Origin: an uncultured beta proteobacterium
GTDB lineage: Bacteria > Pseudomonadota > Gammaproteobacteria > Burkholderiales > Casimicrobiaceae
Reading direction: 5' to 3'
Assembly (NCBI GenBank): GCA_963832705.1
Contig: CAWHVP010000002.1
Location: forward strand, 55,054 to 119,053
Length of the DNA stretch: 64,000 nt
In this document: positions 54,205-64,000 of the stretch, in pieces
How positions within the stretch are numbered: the first letter of the stretch is position 1
Layout of the letters: each line of letters opens with the position of its first letter
Notes under the pieces: model-generated
Seen by the model: only the letters and a program-made list of their open reading frames with translations
Database searches by the model: none
What the model was told of the DNA's origin: nothing
Program-made: the position numbers and the translations under genes

Positions 54205-55482
54205 TTTCGCGTAGACGAGGTCGCGCAGGCCGATCGAGATCGTCGGCACGTACGTGATGACCATCAGGCAGCCGAGCACGACCAGCACGAAGGGGATCAG
54301 CCGGGTGACGATCTGGTCGAGCGAGATGCGCGCGACCGTGCAGGCGGCGAACAGGTTGACGCCGAACGGCGGCGTGATCATGCCGAGCGCGAGGTTGACG
54401 ACCATCACGATGCCGAAGTGCACCGGGTCGACGCCGAAGTGCTGCGCGACCGGCGCGAGGATCGGCGCCAGCACGATGATCGAGGCCGACGTCTCGATGA
54501 ACATGCCGATGACGAACAGCGCCACGTTGACCCCGAGCAGGAACAGCGCCGGCGACTTCAGCCACTCGACCAGGAAGGCGCCGATCGCCTCGGGCACGCC
54601 GGCCCGCGTGACCAGGTAGCTGAAGAGGCCCGCATTGGCGATGATGAACATGATCACCGCCGAGGACACGACGCTCTTCTGCAGGATCCGCGGCAGGTCC
54701 GACGACCTTGATCTCGCGGTAGACGCCGACGCCGACGATCAGCGCGTAGAACACGGCCACGACCGAGGCCTCGGTCGGCGTGACGACGCCGCCGTAGATG
54801 CCGCCGAGGATGATCACCGGCATCAGCAGCGCCAGCGCCGCCTTCCGCGCCGCCACGAAGAACGGCAGCCGGCCCTCGTGATCGCGCTTCCCGTAGCCCT
54901 TGATCCGCGCGTAGACGACGGCGAAGATCATCAGCGCGCCGCCGATCAGGAGGCCCGGGCCGAAGCCCGAGATGAACAGCTCGCCGATCGACACCTCGGC
55001 CGAGACGCCGTACAGGATCATCGGGATCGACGGCGGGATGATGACGCCGAGCTCGGCCGAGGTCGCCTGCAGCGCCGCGGCGTAAGTTGCGTCGGATAGC
55101 CGTGCTTGATCAGCGCCGGGATCAGGATCGCGCCGATCGCGAACGTCGTCGCGACGCTGGAGCCCGAGACGGCGGCGAAGATCATGCAGGTCAGCACGCA
55201 GGTCGCCGCGAGCCCGCCCTGGATGCCGCCGACGACCGACTTGGCGAACTCGACGAGGCGCTGCGAGATGCCGCCGGTCTCCATCAGGTTGCCGGCGAGG
55301 ATGAAGAACGGGATCGCGGCGAGCGGGAACTTGTTGATCGCCCCGAACATCTCCTTGACGATCGTCAGCAGGTTGAGGTTCGCCTGCCAGGCGCCGACGA
55401 TGCTGGCGAGCCCGATGGAGACGGCGACCGAGACGCTGAGCGCGAAGCACAGCACCATCGTGAACAGCATCGATCCGGGCAT
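54202..55482 (-). CDS. dctM: TRAP transporter large permease DctM; 2 frameshifts (near 55090 and 54703)
   Basis: ORF 55018..55482(-) reads MPGSMLFTMVLCFALSVSVAVSIGLASIVG...FPLAAIPFFILAGNLMETGGISQRLVEFA. The middle frame reads ...ELGVIIPPSIPMILYGVSAEVSIGELF. ORF 54202..54669(-) reads ...FIETSASIIVLAPILAPVAQHFGVDPVHFGIVMVVNLALGMITPPFGVNLF. Confidence 0.85.
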
Positions 55483-55494
55483 CGCGGGGCGTCC

Positions 55495-55989
55495 CTACTG
55501 CTGGGTCTCGAGTTCCATCCGGCGCGGGTCGATCAGGCAGGCGACGACGCCGATCATGGAGAAGACGGCGCCGACCGGCACCGCGAGATACGCCCAGGTC
55601 ATCGAGAACGACTCGAGGCCGCTGATCGTCTGCACGCGGGCGCGGTACGCGTAGTCGAAGCCGTACCGGATCATGAAGCCGATCAGCGTCAGCGCCGCGA
55701 TCGCCACCAGCCAGTCGAGCACCCGCTTCATCACCGGGCCGCCCATGCGGTGCGCGATGTCGACGCAGACCATCGCGCCCTGGCGGAACGCCATCGGCGC
55801 GCCCGTGAACACCATCCAGATCAGCGCGAAGCGGATGAGCACCTCCGACCACTCCGCCGGCTGCTGGAAGACGAAGCGGGCGAAGATCTGGTACAGGCCG
55901 AGGCACACCGCGACCACCAGCATCGCGCACGCGAAGGCGAGCGAGAGCGCGGTGGTCCGGCGTTCGAAGGCGAGGAAGGCGTCGCGCAA
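55495..55989 (-). CDS. dctQ: TRAP transporter small permease DctQ
   Basis: Intact 164-aa, 4-TM ORF lying between dctP and dctM. Confidence 0.8.
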   Translation of the reverse strand: MRDAFLAFERRTTALSLAFACAMLVVAVCLGLYQIFARFVFQQPAEWSEVLIRFALIWMVFTGAPMAFRQGAMVCVDIAHRMGGPVMKRVLDWLVAIAALTLIGFMIRYGFDYAYRARVQTISGLESFSMTWAYLAVPVGAVFSMIGVVACLIDPRRMELETQQ

Positions 55990-56002
55990 GCTCAGCCCGC
56001 GG

Positions 56003-56995
56003 TCACTTGTAGTTCTTGATCTTGTCGATGTTCTCCTGGCCGAACTTCTTGCCGAAGTCGACGTAGGTCGCGGCCAGCGTCGCCTGGAACTTCGCCTTGT
56101 CGACGTTCTCGACGACGGTCATGCCCTTCGCGCGCAGGTCGGCGACCGCCTTCCTCTCGTCCTCGTCGACGCGCGCGCGGTTGGCCTTGACGCCTTCCTT
56201 GGCCGCGTCCAGGAACGCCTGCTTGTCCGCCGGCGACAGCTTGTCCCACGCCGCCTTGTTCATCAGGAACAGCGCGGGCGAGTAGACGTGGCCGGTCAGC
56301 GACAGGTACTTCTGCACCTGGTCCAGCTTGGCGGCGGTGATCACCGACAGCGGATTCTCCTGGCCGTCGACGGTGCCCTGCTGCAGCGCGGTGAAGACCT
56401 CGGTGAACGCCATCGGCGTCGGGATGATGCCGAAGGCCTTGTACGCCTGGATGTGGACCGGGTTCTCCATCGTCCGCATCTTGAGGCCCTTGACGTCCTC
56501 GGGGACGCTCACCGAGCGCTTGCTGTTCGTCATGTGCCGGAAGCCGTTCTCGCCCCAGGCCAGCGCGACGATGCCCTTCGACGGGAACTTCTGCAGCAGG
56601 TCCTGGCCGATCGGGCCGTCCAGCGTCGACCGCGCGTGGTTGTAGTCGCGGAACAGGAACGGGATGTCGAGGATCGCGACCTCGGGCACGAAGTTCGGCA
56701 CCGGGCCGGTCGACGTGAACGTGAGGTCGAGCGTGCCGAGCTGCACCGCCTCGACCGATTCCCGCTCGGCGCCGAGCGAGCCCGAGTAGAACGGCTGGAC
56801 CTTGTAGCGGCCGTTGGTGCGCTTCTCGACCTCGCGGGCGAAGGTGTCGATCGCGACGCCCTGGTGCGAGTTCTGCGCGACCGAGATGTTGATCTTCATG
56901 TTCGTCTGGGCGAGCGCCGGCGCGGCGGGCGCGAGGCCCAGCGCGAGCGCGACGGCGGCCGCGGCCGGGGCGATGAGCAGGCGGGGAATCCGCAT
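56003..56995 (-). CDS. dctP: TRAP transporter substrate-binding protein DctP
   Basis: The signal peptide is MRIPRLLIAPAAAAVALALGLAPAAPALA. It continues ...YKVQPFYSGSLGAERESVEAVQLGTLDLTFTSTG...LDIPFLFRDYNHA...LKMRTMENPVHIQAYKAFGIIPTPMAFTEVFTALQQGTVDGQENP. The track ORF starts further upstream at 57049. Confidence 0.9.
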   Translation of the reverse strand: MRIPRLLIAPAAAAVALALGLAPAAPALAQTNMKINISVAQNSHQGVAIDTFAREVEKRTNGRYKVQPFYSGSLGAERESVEAVQLGTLDLTFTSTGPVPNFVPEVAILDIPFLFRDYNHARSTLDGPIGQDLLQKFPSKGIVALAWGENGFRHMTNSKRSVSVPEDVKGLKMRTMENPVHIQAYKAFGIIPTPMAFTEVFTALQQGTVDGQENPLSVITAAKLDQVQKYLSLTGHVYSPALFLMNKAAWDKLSPADKQAFLDAAKEGVKANRARVDEDERKAVADLRAKGMTVVENVDKAKFQATLAATYVDFGKKFGQENIDKIKNYK

Positions 56996-57131
56996 CGTGT
57001 TTCTCCTGATCGGGTTGGGGGTTCGAGGGGTGCGGTCCGTGGCCGTCACCGCAACCGGTCGATTCTAAGGAACCGTCGCGTCCCTGTATAGCCACTTCCC
57101 CGGGTCGCGTGGTGCCGCCGGGTCCGCGATG

Positions 57132-57140
57132 TGGAATAAT
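57132..57140 (+). promoter_or_regulatory. putative extended -10 element (TGG AATAAT) upstream of glcD
   Basis: The sequence is gTGGAATAATCGc, ending 73 nt before the glcD ATG. It has the same TAATCG flavour as the mmsA and thiL elements. Confidence 0.3.
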
Positions 57141-57213
57141 CGCTGAGCAGGAACCTCCACCTGCTTCGACCGCGGCCCGCCCCCCGGGTTCGCCGCACCT
57201 CCCGGAAGGCACG

Positions 57214-58669
57214 ATGCTCGACGCCGCCGTACACGCCCAACTCGCCTCGATCCTGCCCCCGGCGGCGCTGCTCGCCTCCGAGGAGGAGACGCGGCCCTAC
57301 GAGTGCGACGGGCTGACGCTCTACCGCGTGCGCCCGGCGGCGGTCGCGCTGCCCGAGACCGAGGCGCAGGTCGTCGCGATCCTGAAGGCCTGCCACGCCG
57401 CGCGCGTCCCGGTCGTCGCCCGCGGCGCCGGCACGGGGCTCTCCGGCGGCGCGCTGCCCGATGCCGGCGGCGTGCTGCTGTCGCTGGCGAAGTTCACGAA
57501 GATCGTCGCGATCGATCCGCTGGCGCGGACCGCGATCGTCCAGCCCGGCGTGCGCAACCTCGCGATCTCGGAGGCGGTGGCGAAGCACGGGCTCTACTAC
57601 GCGCCCGACCCGTCGTCGCAGATCGCCTGCACGATCGGCGGCAACGTCGCGGAGAACGCCGGCGGCGTCCACTGCCTCAAGTACGGCCTCACCGTGCACA
57701 ACGTCCGCCGCGTGCGCGCCGTGCTGATCACCGGGGAGATCGTCGAGTTCGGCGGCGACGCGCTCGACAGCCCCGGCTACGACCTGCTGGCGCTGATCAA
57801 CGGCTCCGAGGGCCTGCTCGCGGTCATGACCGAGATCACGGTGAAGCTGACGCCGAAGCCGCAGCTCGCGCAGGTCGCGCTCGCGGCCTTCGACGACATC
57901 GGCCGCGCGGGGGAGGCGGTCGGCGCGGTCATCGGCGCGGGCATCGTCCCGGGCGGCCTCGAGATGATGGACCAGGCCGCGACGCGTGCGGTCGAGGACT
58001 TCGTCCACGCCAACTATCCGCTCGACGCGCAGGCGATCCTGCTGGTCGAGTCCGACGGCACGCCCGACGAGGTCGCCGCCGACATGGCCGAGATCAAGCG
58101 GGTGCTGGAGGAAGCCGGCGCCACCGAGATCCGGGTGTCGAAGAACGAGAAGGAGCGGCTGCTGTTCTGGGCCGGCCGCAAGGCGGCGTTCCCCGCGGTC
58201 GGAAGGATCTCGCCCGACTACATCTGCATGGACGGCACGATCCCGCGGCGCACGCTGCCGCACGTGCTGAAGCGGATCGACGGCATGACCCGCGAGTTCG
58301 GCCTCGCCTGCGCCAACGTGTTCCACGCCGGCGACGGCAACCTGCACCCGCTGATCATGTTCGACGCCAACAAGCCCGGCGAGGCCGAGCGGGCGGAGGC
58401 GTTCGGCGCCGCGATCCTCGAGCTGTGCATCGAGGTCGGCGGCACGGTCACCGGCGAGCACGGCGTCGGCGTCGAGAAGATCAAGGCGATGTGCGTGCAG
58501 TTCGCGCCGGCCGAGCTCGAGCGCTTCCTCGGCGTCGCGCGCCGCGTTCGACGCGCACGGCCTGCTCAATCCCGGCAAGGCGGTGCCGACGCTGCACCGC
58601 TGCGCGGAGTTCGGCAAGATGCACGTCCATCGCGGCCAGCTGCCGCATCCGGAGCTGCCGCGCTTCTGA
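57214..58669 (+). CDS. glcD: glycolate oxidase FAD-binding subunit GlcD; frameshift near 58538
   Basis: MLDAAVHAQLASILPPAALLASEEETRPYECDGLTLYRVRPAAVALPETEAQVVAILKACHAARVPVVARGAGTGLSGGALP...GGVHCLKYGLTVHN...FHAGDGNLHPLIMFD...GGTVTGEHGVGVEK. The C-terminus AAFDAHGLLNPGKAVPTLHRCAEFGKMHVHRGQLPHPELPRF* is in another frame. Confidence 0.85.
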
Positions 58670-58695
58670 CGCGCCGCGCCGCCACGACTCCAGCG

Positions 58696-60136
58696 ATGAG
58701 CACGATCACCCCGGCGATCACCGCCGTCCACGACCGGCAGCACGGGCGCCCCGACGCGCGCGCGGTCACCGACCTCGTCAGCGCGCTCGGCGAGCGCTAC
58801 GGCGAGCGCGCGGTCACGACGCGGGCGATCCGCGACCAGCACAGCCACGGCGAAGGCCTCGCCGATCCGGCGCTGCCCGACGTCGTCGTCTATCCGCACA
58901 CCAACGAGGAGGTCGCGGCGATCGTCGCGCTGTGCCACGCGGCGCGCGTGCCGGTGATCCCGTTCGGCGTGGGCACGTCGCTCGAAGGGCACGTCGCCGC
59001 GCTCTACGGCGGCGTGTGCGTCGACCTGTCGCAGATGAACCGGATGCTCGAGGTCAACGTCGACGACCTCGACTGCCGCGTGCAGGCGGGGATCACGCGC
59101 GAGGAGGTGAACGCGGCGCTGAAGACGACCGGCCTCTTCTTCCCGATCGATCCCGGCGCCAACGCGACGATCGGCGGCATGGCCGCGACGCGCGCGTCGG
59201 GCACCAACGCCGTGCGCTACGGCACGATGCGCGAGAACGTGCTCGGCCTCACCGTGGTGACGCCCGACGGGCGGATCATCCGCACCGGCGGCCGCGCGCG
59301 CAAGTCGGCCGCCGGCTACGACCTCACGCGCCTCTACGTGGGCGCCGAGGGCACGCTGGGCGTCATCACCGAGATCCAGCTGCGGCTCTACGGCGTGCCC
59401 GACGCGATGGCCGCCGCGGTGTGCCAGTTCGCCGACCTCGAGGGCGCCGTGCGCACCGTGATCGCCGCGATGCAGCACGGCATTCCGGTCGCGCGGATCG
59501 AGCTCCTGGACGACGTGCAGATGGACGCCTGCATCCGCTACTCGAAGCTCGAGGGCTTCGCGGCGAAGCCGACGCTGTTCTTCGAGTTCCACGGCAGCGA
59601 GGCGGGCGTGGCCGAGCAGTCGAGCGAGATGCAGGCGCTGACCGCCGACCACGGCGGCGGCGCGTTCGAGTGGGCGACCCGGCCCGAGGAGCGCACCCGG
59701 CTGTGGAAGGCGCGGCACTCGGCGTACTACGCCGCCAAGGCGCTGGTCCCGGGCAAGGAAGCCTTCGCCACCGACGCCTGCGTGCCGATCTCGCGGCTCG
59801 CCGACATCATCCTGCAGTCGAAGGCGGACGCCGTCGGCGAGCCGGCTCATCGCGCCGATCGTCGGCCACGTCGGCGACGGCAACTTCCACCTCTCGGTCG
59901 TGTTCGACCCGAAGGATCCGGACGAGCGCGGGCGGGCCGAGGCGCTCGCCCGGCGCGTGAGCCTCAACGCGATCGCGATGGGCGGGACCTGCACCGGCGA
60001 GCACGGCATCGGCGTGCACAAGCTCGACGCGCTCGTCGCCGAGCACGGCGAGGCCGTCGACGTGATGCGCACGATCAAGCGCGCGCTCGACCCGCACAAC
60101 ATCATGAACCCCGGCAAGACGGTGCCCCTGGACTGA
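58696..60136 (+). CDS. FAD-binding oxidoreductase, D-lactate dehydrogenase (cytochrome)-like GlcD paralogue; frameshift near 59839
   Basis: MSTITPAITAVHDRQHG...PDVVVYPHTNEEVAAIVALCHAARVPVIPFGVGTSLEGH...IGGMAATRASGTNAVRYGTMRENVLGLTVV...GYDLTRLYVGAEGTLGVITE ... / LIAPIVGHVGDGNFHLSVVFDP...GGTCTGEHGIGVHK...DPHNIMNPGK. Confidence 0.8.
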
Positions 60137-60146
60137 GCCCGAAGCG

Positions 60147-60848
60147 ATGCGCACCCTCTATCTCGGCAACAAGAACTACTCGTCGTGGTCGCTGCGCGGC
60201 TGGTTCGCGGCGAAGCTGACGGGCGCGCCGTTCGCCGAGGTCATGGTCGCGCTGTCGGGCCGGCCCGAGCCCAGCCCCGGCAACCGGGCGTTCTCGCCGT
60301 CGGCGCGCGTGCCCTGCCTGCACGACGACGGCATCGTCGTCTGGGATTCGCTGGCGATCGCCGAGTACCTCGCCGAGCGGCATCCGGGACTGTGGCCGGC
60401 GGACGCGGCGGCGCGCGCGTGGGCGCGCTCGGCCGCCTGCGAGATGCACTCGGGCTTCTCGGCGCTGCGCAACGAGATGACGATGTGCGTGCGGGAGCGC
60501 GTCGACGTGCGGCCGTGGTCGACGGCGCTCGCGGCCGACGTCGCCCGCGTGACCGAGATCTGGAACGAGGGGCGGCGGCGCTTCGGCGCGGGCGGGCCGT
60601 ACCTCTGCGGCGCGCTGTCGCTCGCCGACGCGTTCTACGCGCCGGTCGCGTTCCGCTTCCGCACCTACGGCGTCGCGCCCGGGGGCGCCGCCGGCGAGTA
60701 TCTCGCGACGCTGCTCGCGCATCCGTTCCTGCGCGAGTGGGAGGCGGCGGCGCTCGCCGAGACGGCGGTGGTCGAGACCGACGAGCCGCGCGTCATCTAT
60801 CGCGACAAGCTCGCCGCGCGCGGCGAGCCGGCAGGCGGGCAGCCGTGA
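60147..60848 (+). CDS. glutathione S-transferase family protein
   Basis: Intact 233-aa ORF: MRTLYLGNKNYSSWSLRGWFAAKLTGAPFAEV...VPCLHDDGIVVWDSLAIAEYLAERHP...LSLADAFYAPVAFRFRTYG. Confidence 0.8.
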   Translation: MRTLYLGNKNYSSWSLRGWFAAKLTGAPFAEVMVALSGRPEPSPGNRAFSPSARVPCLHDDGIVVWDSLAIAEYLAERHPGLWPADAAARAWARSAACEMHSGFSALRNEMTMCVRERVDVRPWSTALAADVARVTEIWNEGRRRFGAGGPYLCGALSLADAFYAPVAFRFRTYGVAPGGAAGEYLATLLAHPFLREWEAAALAETAVVETDEPRVIYRDKLAARGEPAGGQP

Positions 60849-61955
60849 CCGACACCATCGTCAGCGAGTGGCGCGAGCGCATCGCGGCGGCGGCGGCGGC
60901 GAAGGCCCCGCTCGCGATCCGCGGCGGCGGCACGAAGGATTTCTACGGCCAGGCGATCGTGGGTGAGGTGCTCGACACCCGCGCCTACGCGGGCATCGTC
61001 GACTACGATCCGACCGAGCTGGTGATGACCGCGCGCGCCGGGACGCCGCTCGACGACATCGAGGCGGCGATGCGCGCCGCGGGCCAGATGATGGCGTTCG
61101 AGCCGCCGCGCTTCGACGCGCGCACGCCTCGGCCGCCACGCTCGGCGGCTGCGTCGCCGCCGGGCTCTCGGGCCCGCGCCGCCCGTACGCGGGCGCCGTG
61201 CGCGACCTCGTGCTCGGCGTGCGCATCCTCGACGGCCGCGGCGAGGACCTGACGTTCGGCGGGCGCGTGATGAAGAACGTCGCCGGCTTCGACGTCGCGC
61301 GGCTGATGACCGGGGCGATGGGCACGCTGGGCGTGCTGCTCGACATCTCGTTCAAGTGCCTGCCGCTGCCCAAGGCCGAGGCGACGCGCGTGTTCGAGTG
61401 CTCGGCGCGACGAGGCGATCCGCTGGACCAACGAGTGGGGCGGCAAGCCGCTGCCGCTGTCGGCCACCTGCTGGCACGACGGCGTGCTGTCGGTCCGCCT
61501 GTCCGGCGCGCCGACCGGCGGTCGAGGCGGCCGGCACGAAGATCGGCGGCGACGCGCTGCTCGATCCGACGGCGGCACGGCGTTCTGGGCGGGCGTGCGC
61601 GACCAGACGCACCCGCATTTCGCCGCGGCGATCGCGTCCGGCGCGCCGCTGTGGCGGCTGTCGGTGAAGTCGACGGCGCCGCATCGCCGATCTCGGCGGC
61701 GAGCAGCTGATCGAGTGGGGCGGGGCGCTGCGCTGGCTGGTCGCAGGGCCCGAGCGCGCGACCCGCAGCCGGTGCGCGCGTGGGCGCGCGCAACGGCGGC
61801 CACGCGACGCTGTTCCGCGGCGGCGACAAGCAGCGCCGGCGTCTTCCATCCGCTGCCCGAAGCCGCTCGCGGCGCTGCACCGGCGGCTCAAGGCGGTGTT
61901 CGATCCGGCCGGCATCCTCAATCCCGCGGCCGGCCTGTACGCCGACGATCTCTGA
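60845..61955 (+). CDS. glcE: glycolate oxidase subunit GlcE; at least 4 frameshifts
   Basis: The GTG overlaps the GST stop (GTGA). Sequence: VTDTIVSEWRERIAAAAAAKAPLAIRGGGTKDFYGQAIVGEVLDTRAYAGIVDYDPTELVMTARAGTPLDDIEAAM.../...LGVRILDGRGEDLTFGGRVMKNVAGFDVARLMTGAMGTLGVLLDISFKCLP.../...LKAVFDPAGILNP. Confidence 0.75.
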
Positions 61956-61963
61956 CGGCACGC

Positions 61964-63190
61964 ATGCAGACCGCGCTCGCCGATTCATCCGCGACACGCC
62001 CGAGGGGCGCGAGGCCGACGCGATCCTGCGCTCCTGCGTGCACTGCGGGTTCTGCACGGCGACCTGCCCGACCTACCAGCTGACTGGGCGACGAGCTCGA
62101 CGGCCCGCGCGGGCGCATCTACCTGATCAAGCAGGTGCTGGAAGGGCAGGCGCCGACCGACGAAGACGCAGCTGCACCTCGACCGCTGCCTCACCTGCCG
62201 CAGCTGCGAGACGACGTGCCCGTCGGGCGTCCAGTACGGCCGGCTGCTCGACATCGGCCGTCACGTCGTCGACCGAGCAGGTCGGGCGCACGCCGCGCGA
62301 GCAGGCGATGCGCTGGACGCTGCGCCGCGGGCTGCTGGCGAAGCCGCTGTTCGGCGGCGCGCTGGCGCTGGGCCGCGCGATGAAGGGCGTGCTGCCGCAG
62401 GCGCTGCGCGCGCAGCTTCCGGACGCGGCGCCGGCCGGCGCCTGGCCCGCGCCGCGCCACGCGCGCAAGATGCTCGTGCTCGAAGGCTGCGTGCAGCCGT
62501 CGCTGGCGCCCAACATCGACGCGGCGATGGCGCGCATCCTCGACCGCATCGGCATCTCGCTGGTGCAGGCCGGCGGCGGCGGGCTGCTGCGGCGCGCTGC
62601 CGCACCACCTCGAGCGAGACCGACGCAGGCGGTGGCGATCGCGAAGCGCAACATCGACGCCTGGTGGCCGCACCTCGACCGCGACGTCGAGGCGGTCGTC
62701 GTCACGGCCAGCGGCTGCGGCGTGATGGTCAAGGACTACGGCCACCTGCTGCGCACGACGCCGCCTACGCCGAGAAGGCGCGCTGCATCGCCGACGCGCG
62801 CCAAGGACCCGGTCGAGGTGATCGGGGCCGAGTGGAAGGCGATCGCGCCGAAGGTCGCGATGGACTTCGGCCCGCAGAGGGTCGCCTTCCATCCGCCGTG
62901 CACGCTGCAGCACGGGATGAAGCTCAAGGGCCGGGTCGAGGAGATCCTGCTCGCGCTCGGCCTCGAGCTGACGCCCGTCGCCGACGCGCACCTGTGCTGC
63001 GGCTCGGCGGGGACGTACTCGATCCTGCAGCCCGAGCTCTCGGGCCGGCTCAAGGCCAACAAGCTCGCGGCGCTGGAGGCGGGCGAGCCCGACGTCATCG
63101 CCAGCGCCAACATCGGCTGCCTCGACGCATCTCGCGAGCGGCACGCGGCGCCCGTGCGCCACTGGATCGAGCTGCTCGACGCGCGGATGA
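61964..63190 (+). CDS. glcF: glycolate oxidase iron-sulfur subunit GlcF; at least 5 frameshifts, 3' end uncertain (63190 or 63266)
   Basis: MQT..LADFIRDTPEGREADAILRSCVHCGFCTATCPTYQL / GDELDGPRGRIYLIKQVLEG...LHLDRCLTCRSCETTCPSGVQYGRLLDIG.../...VLEGCVQPSLAPNIDAAMARILDRIGISLV.../...FHPPCTLQHGMKLKGRVEEILLALGLELTPVADAHLCCGSAGTYSILQPELS...ANIGCL. Two 4Fe-4S motifs and CCG motifs are present. Confidence 0.8.
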
Positions 63191-63234
63191 TCGGCGGCAC
63201 GCGGCGCCGCCGCGGGCGCCGGCCCGGCGTCGGC

Positions 63235-63723
63235 ATGACGGCGATGCGCCAGGGCCGCCGGAATGAGCGCCGACGCGCGCGCGCGGCGCCGCTGCCGCGC
63301 GGCGCCTACCGGCACTTCCTCGCGATCCCGACGCGCTGGATGGACAACGACAGCTACGGCCACGTCAACAACGTCACCTACTACTCGTACTTCGACACGG
63401 CGGTGAACGAGCACCTGATCCGCGCCGGCGGCCTCGACATCGCCGACGGCGCCGGAGGTCGGCTTCGTCGTCGAGACGCCTGCCGCTTCCACGCAGTCGC
63501 TGACGTTTCCCGACACTGCTCGACGTCGGGCCTGCGCGTCGCGCGGCTGGGCACGTCGTCGGTGACCTACGAGATCGGCATCTTCCGGCGCGGCGACGAC
63601 GCGCCGGCGGCGAGCGGCCGCTTCGTCCACGTCTGGGTCGACCGGGCGACGCAGCGTCCGACGCCGGTGCCGCCGCGCATCCGCGCCGCGCTGCTGCCGC
63701 TGGTCGTGCCGGCGGCCGGGTGA
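63235..63723 (+). CDS. acyl-CoA thioesterase (4HBT/YbgC-like); 2 compensating frameshifts, start uncertain (63235 or 63263)
   Basis: ...PLPRGAYRHFLAIPTRWMDNDSYGHVNNVTYYSYFDTAVNEHLIRAGGLDI.../...GLRVARLGTSSVTYEIGIFRRGDDAPAASGRFVHVWVDRATQRPTPVPPRIRAAL. This is the tail of ORF 61780..63723. Confidence 0.65.
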   Translation: MTAMRQGRRNERRRARAAPLPRGAYRHFLAIPTRWMDNDSYGHVNNVTYYSYFDTAVNEHLIRAGGLDIADGAGGRLRRRDACRFHAVADVSRHCSTSGLRVARLGTSSVTYEIGIFRRGDDAPAASGRFVHVWVDRATQRPTPVPPRIRAALLPLVVPAAG

Positions 63724-64000
63724 GGCGTCGAATGTCGCACACCCGCCGCTGCGCGACTCCGCGCCGCGAAGGCGTGGCGAGGCCGGGTGAGTACGCGCCG
63801 CGCCCGTCGCAATGCCGCATGCGCGCCGATGACCGCGGCCACGCGCGGCGCGGCCGCGGCGCTGCTCGGCGCCTTCCTCGCGCGGCGACGGCCATTACCT
63901 CGCGTCGAGCGCCGCGTACGGCGACGGCGGCGCCGCGGCGCTCGAGCGCGCGCTCGACCTCTTCCTCGCGCGTCCGGAGATCGGCTTCGTCTGGCTCGCG

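Noticed and set aside
63828-64000. Possible start of a + strand gene at the window edge (MTAATRGAAAALLGAFLA..., then in another frame GHYLASSAAYGDGGAAALERALDLFLARPEIGFVWLA).
   Set aside because: It is truncated by the window, needs a frameshift within its first 25 codons, and has no recognisable family.

Overview
This is a high-GC chromosomal segment (about 70% or more, by eye). Gene content and order look betaproteobacterial, probably Burkholderiales-like, but I cannot verify that here.

Layout, left to right:
- 1-5 kb: fadD (partial), an MFS transporter, an HTH-REC response regulator and mmsA.
- 5-8.3 kb: a type IV pilus minor-pilin operon (fimT, pilE-like, pilV, pilW, pilX) with no pilY1.
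- 8.5-12.8 kb: a thioesterase, gcdH, maiA, an FAH-family hydrolase and an esterase.
- 13-18.2 kb: a tetR / membrane-fusion / RND efflux operon.
- 18.2-34 kb: a conserved housekeeping run: ribBA, ribH, nusB, [orphan SBP], thiL, pgpA, GNAT, pncC/cinA, recA, recX, [about 5.3 kb lower-GC insert], alaS.
- 34-36 kb: small enzymes (PaaI thioesterase, VOC, SDR).
- 36.1-40.3 kb: three secreted proteins. One is Cadherin-like, one carries plant-type LRRs, and one is a small basic protein.
- 40.4-64 kb: comEC, an orphan DctP-like SBP, an AstE-like / ArgE-like / SBP / ALDH / GNAT / SDR catabolic cluster, a TerB-like protein, a CoA-transferase, a TRAP transporter (dctPQM), a glycolate oxidase locus (glcD, dld-like, GST, glcE, glcF) and a thioesterase.

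I found no tRNA or rRNA genes, CRISPR arrays, transposases or integrases.

Main caveat: dozens of genes, including essential ones (recA, ribBA, ribH, thiL), are broken by single-base frameshifts. I read these as assembly or sequencing insertions, not biology. Many CDS below were therefore stitched by eye from two or three ORF-track frames, and their coordinates are outer boundaries.

Most of the very long ORFs in the track are antisense or out-of-frame artefacts of GC-rich DNA.

Candidates for something new:
- The secreted-protein cluster sharing an unnamed WW-ESGWG module (36.1-40.3 kb).
- The adenylate-cyclase / STAND / TPR gene in the recX-alaS insert.
- A non-canonical GAAC-N4-GTTC palindrome in the recA promoter.
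- Two intergenic palindromic repeat families.

None of these could be confirmed without database searches.
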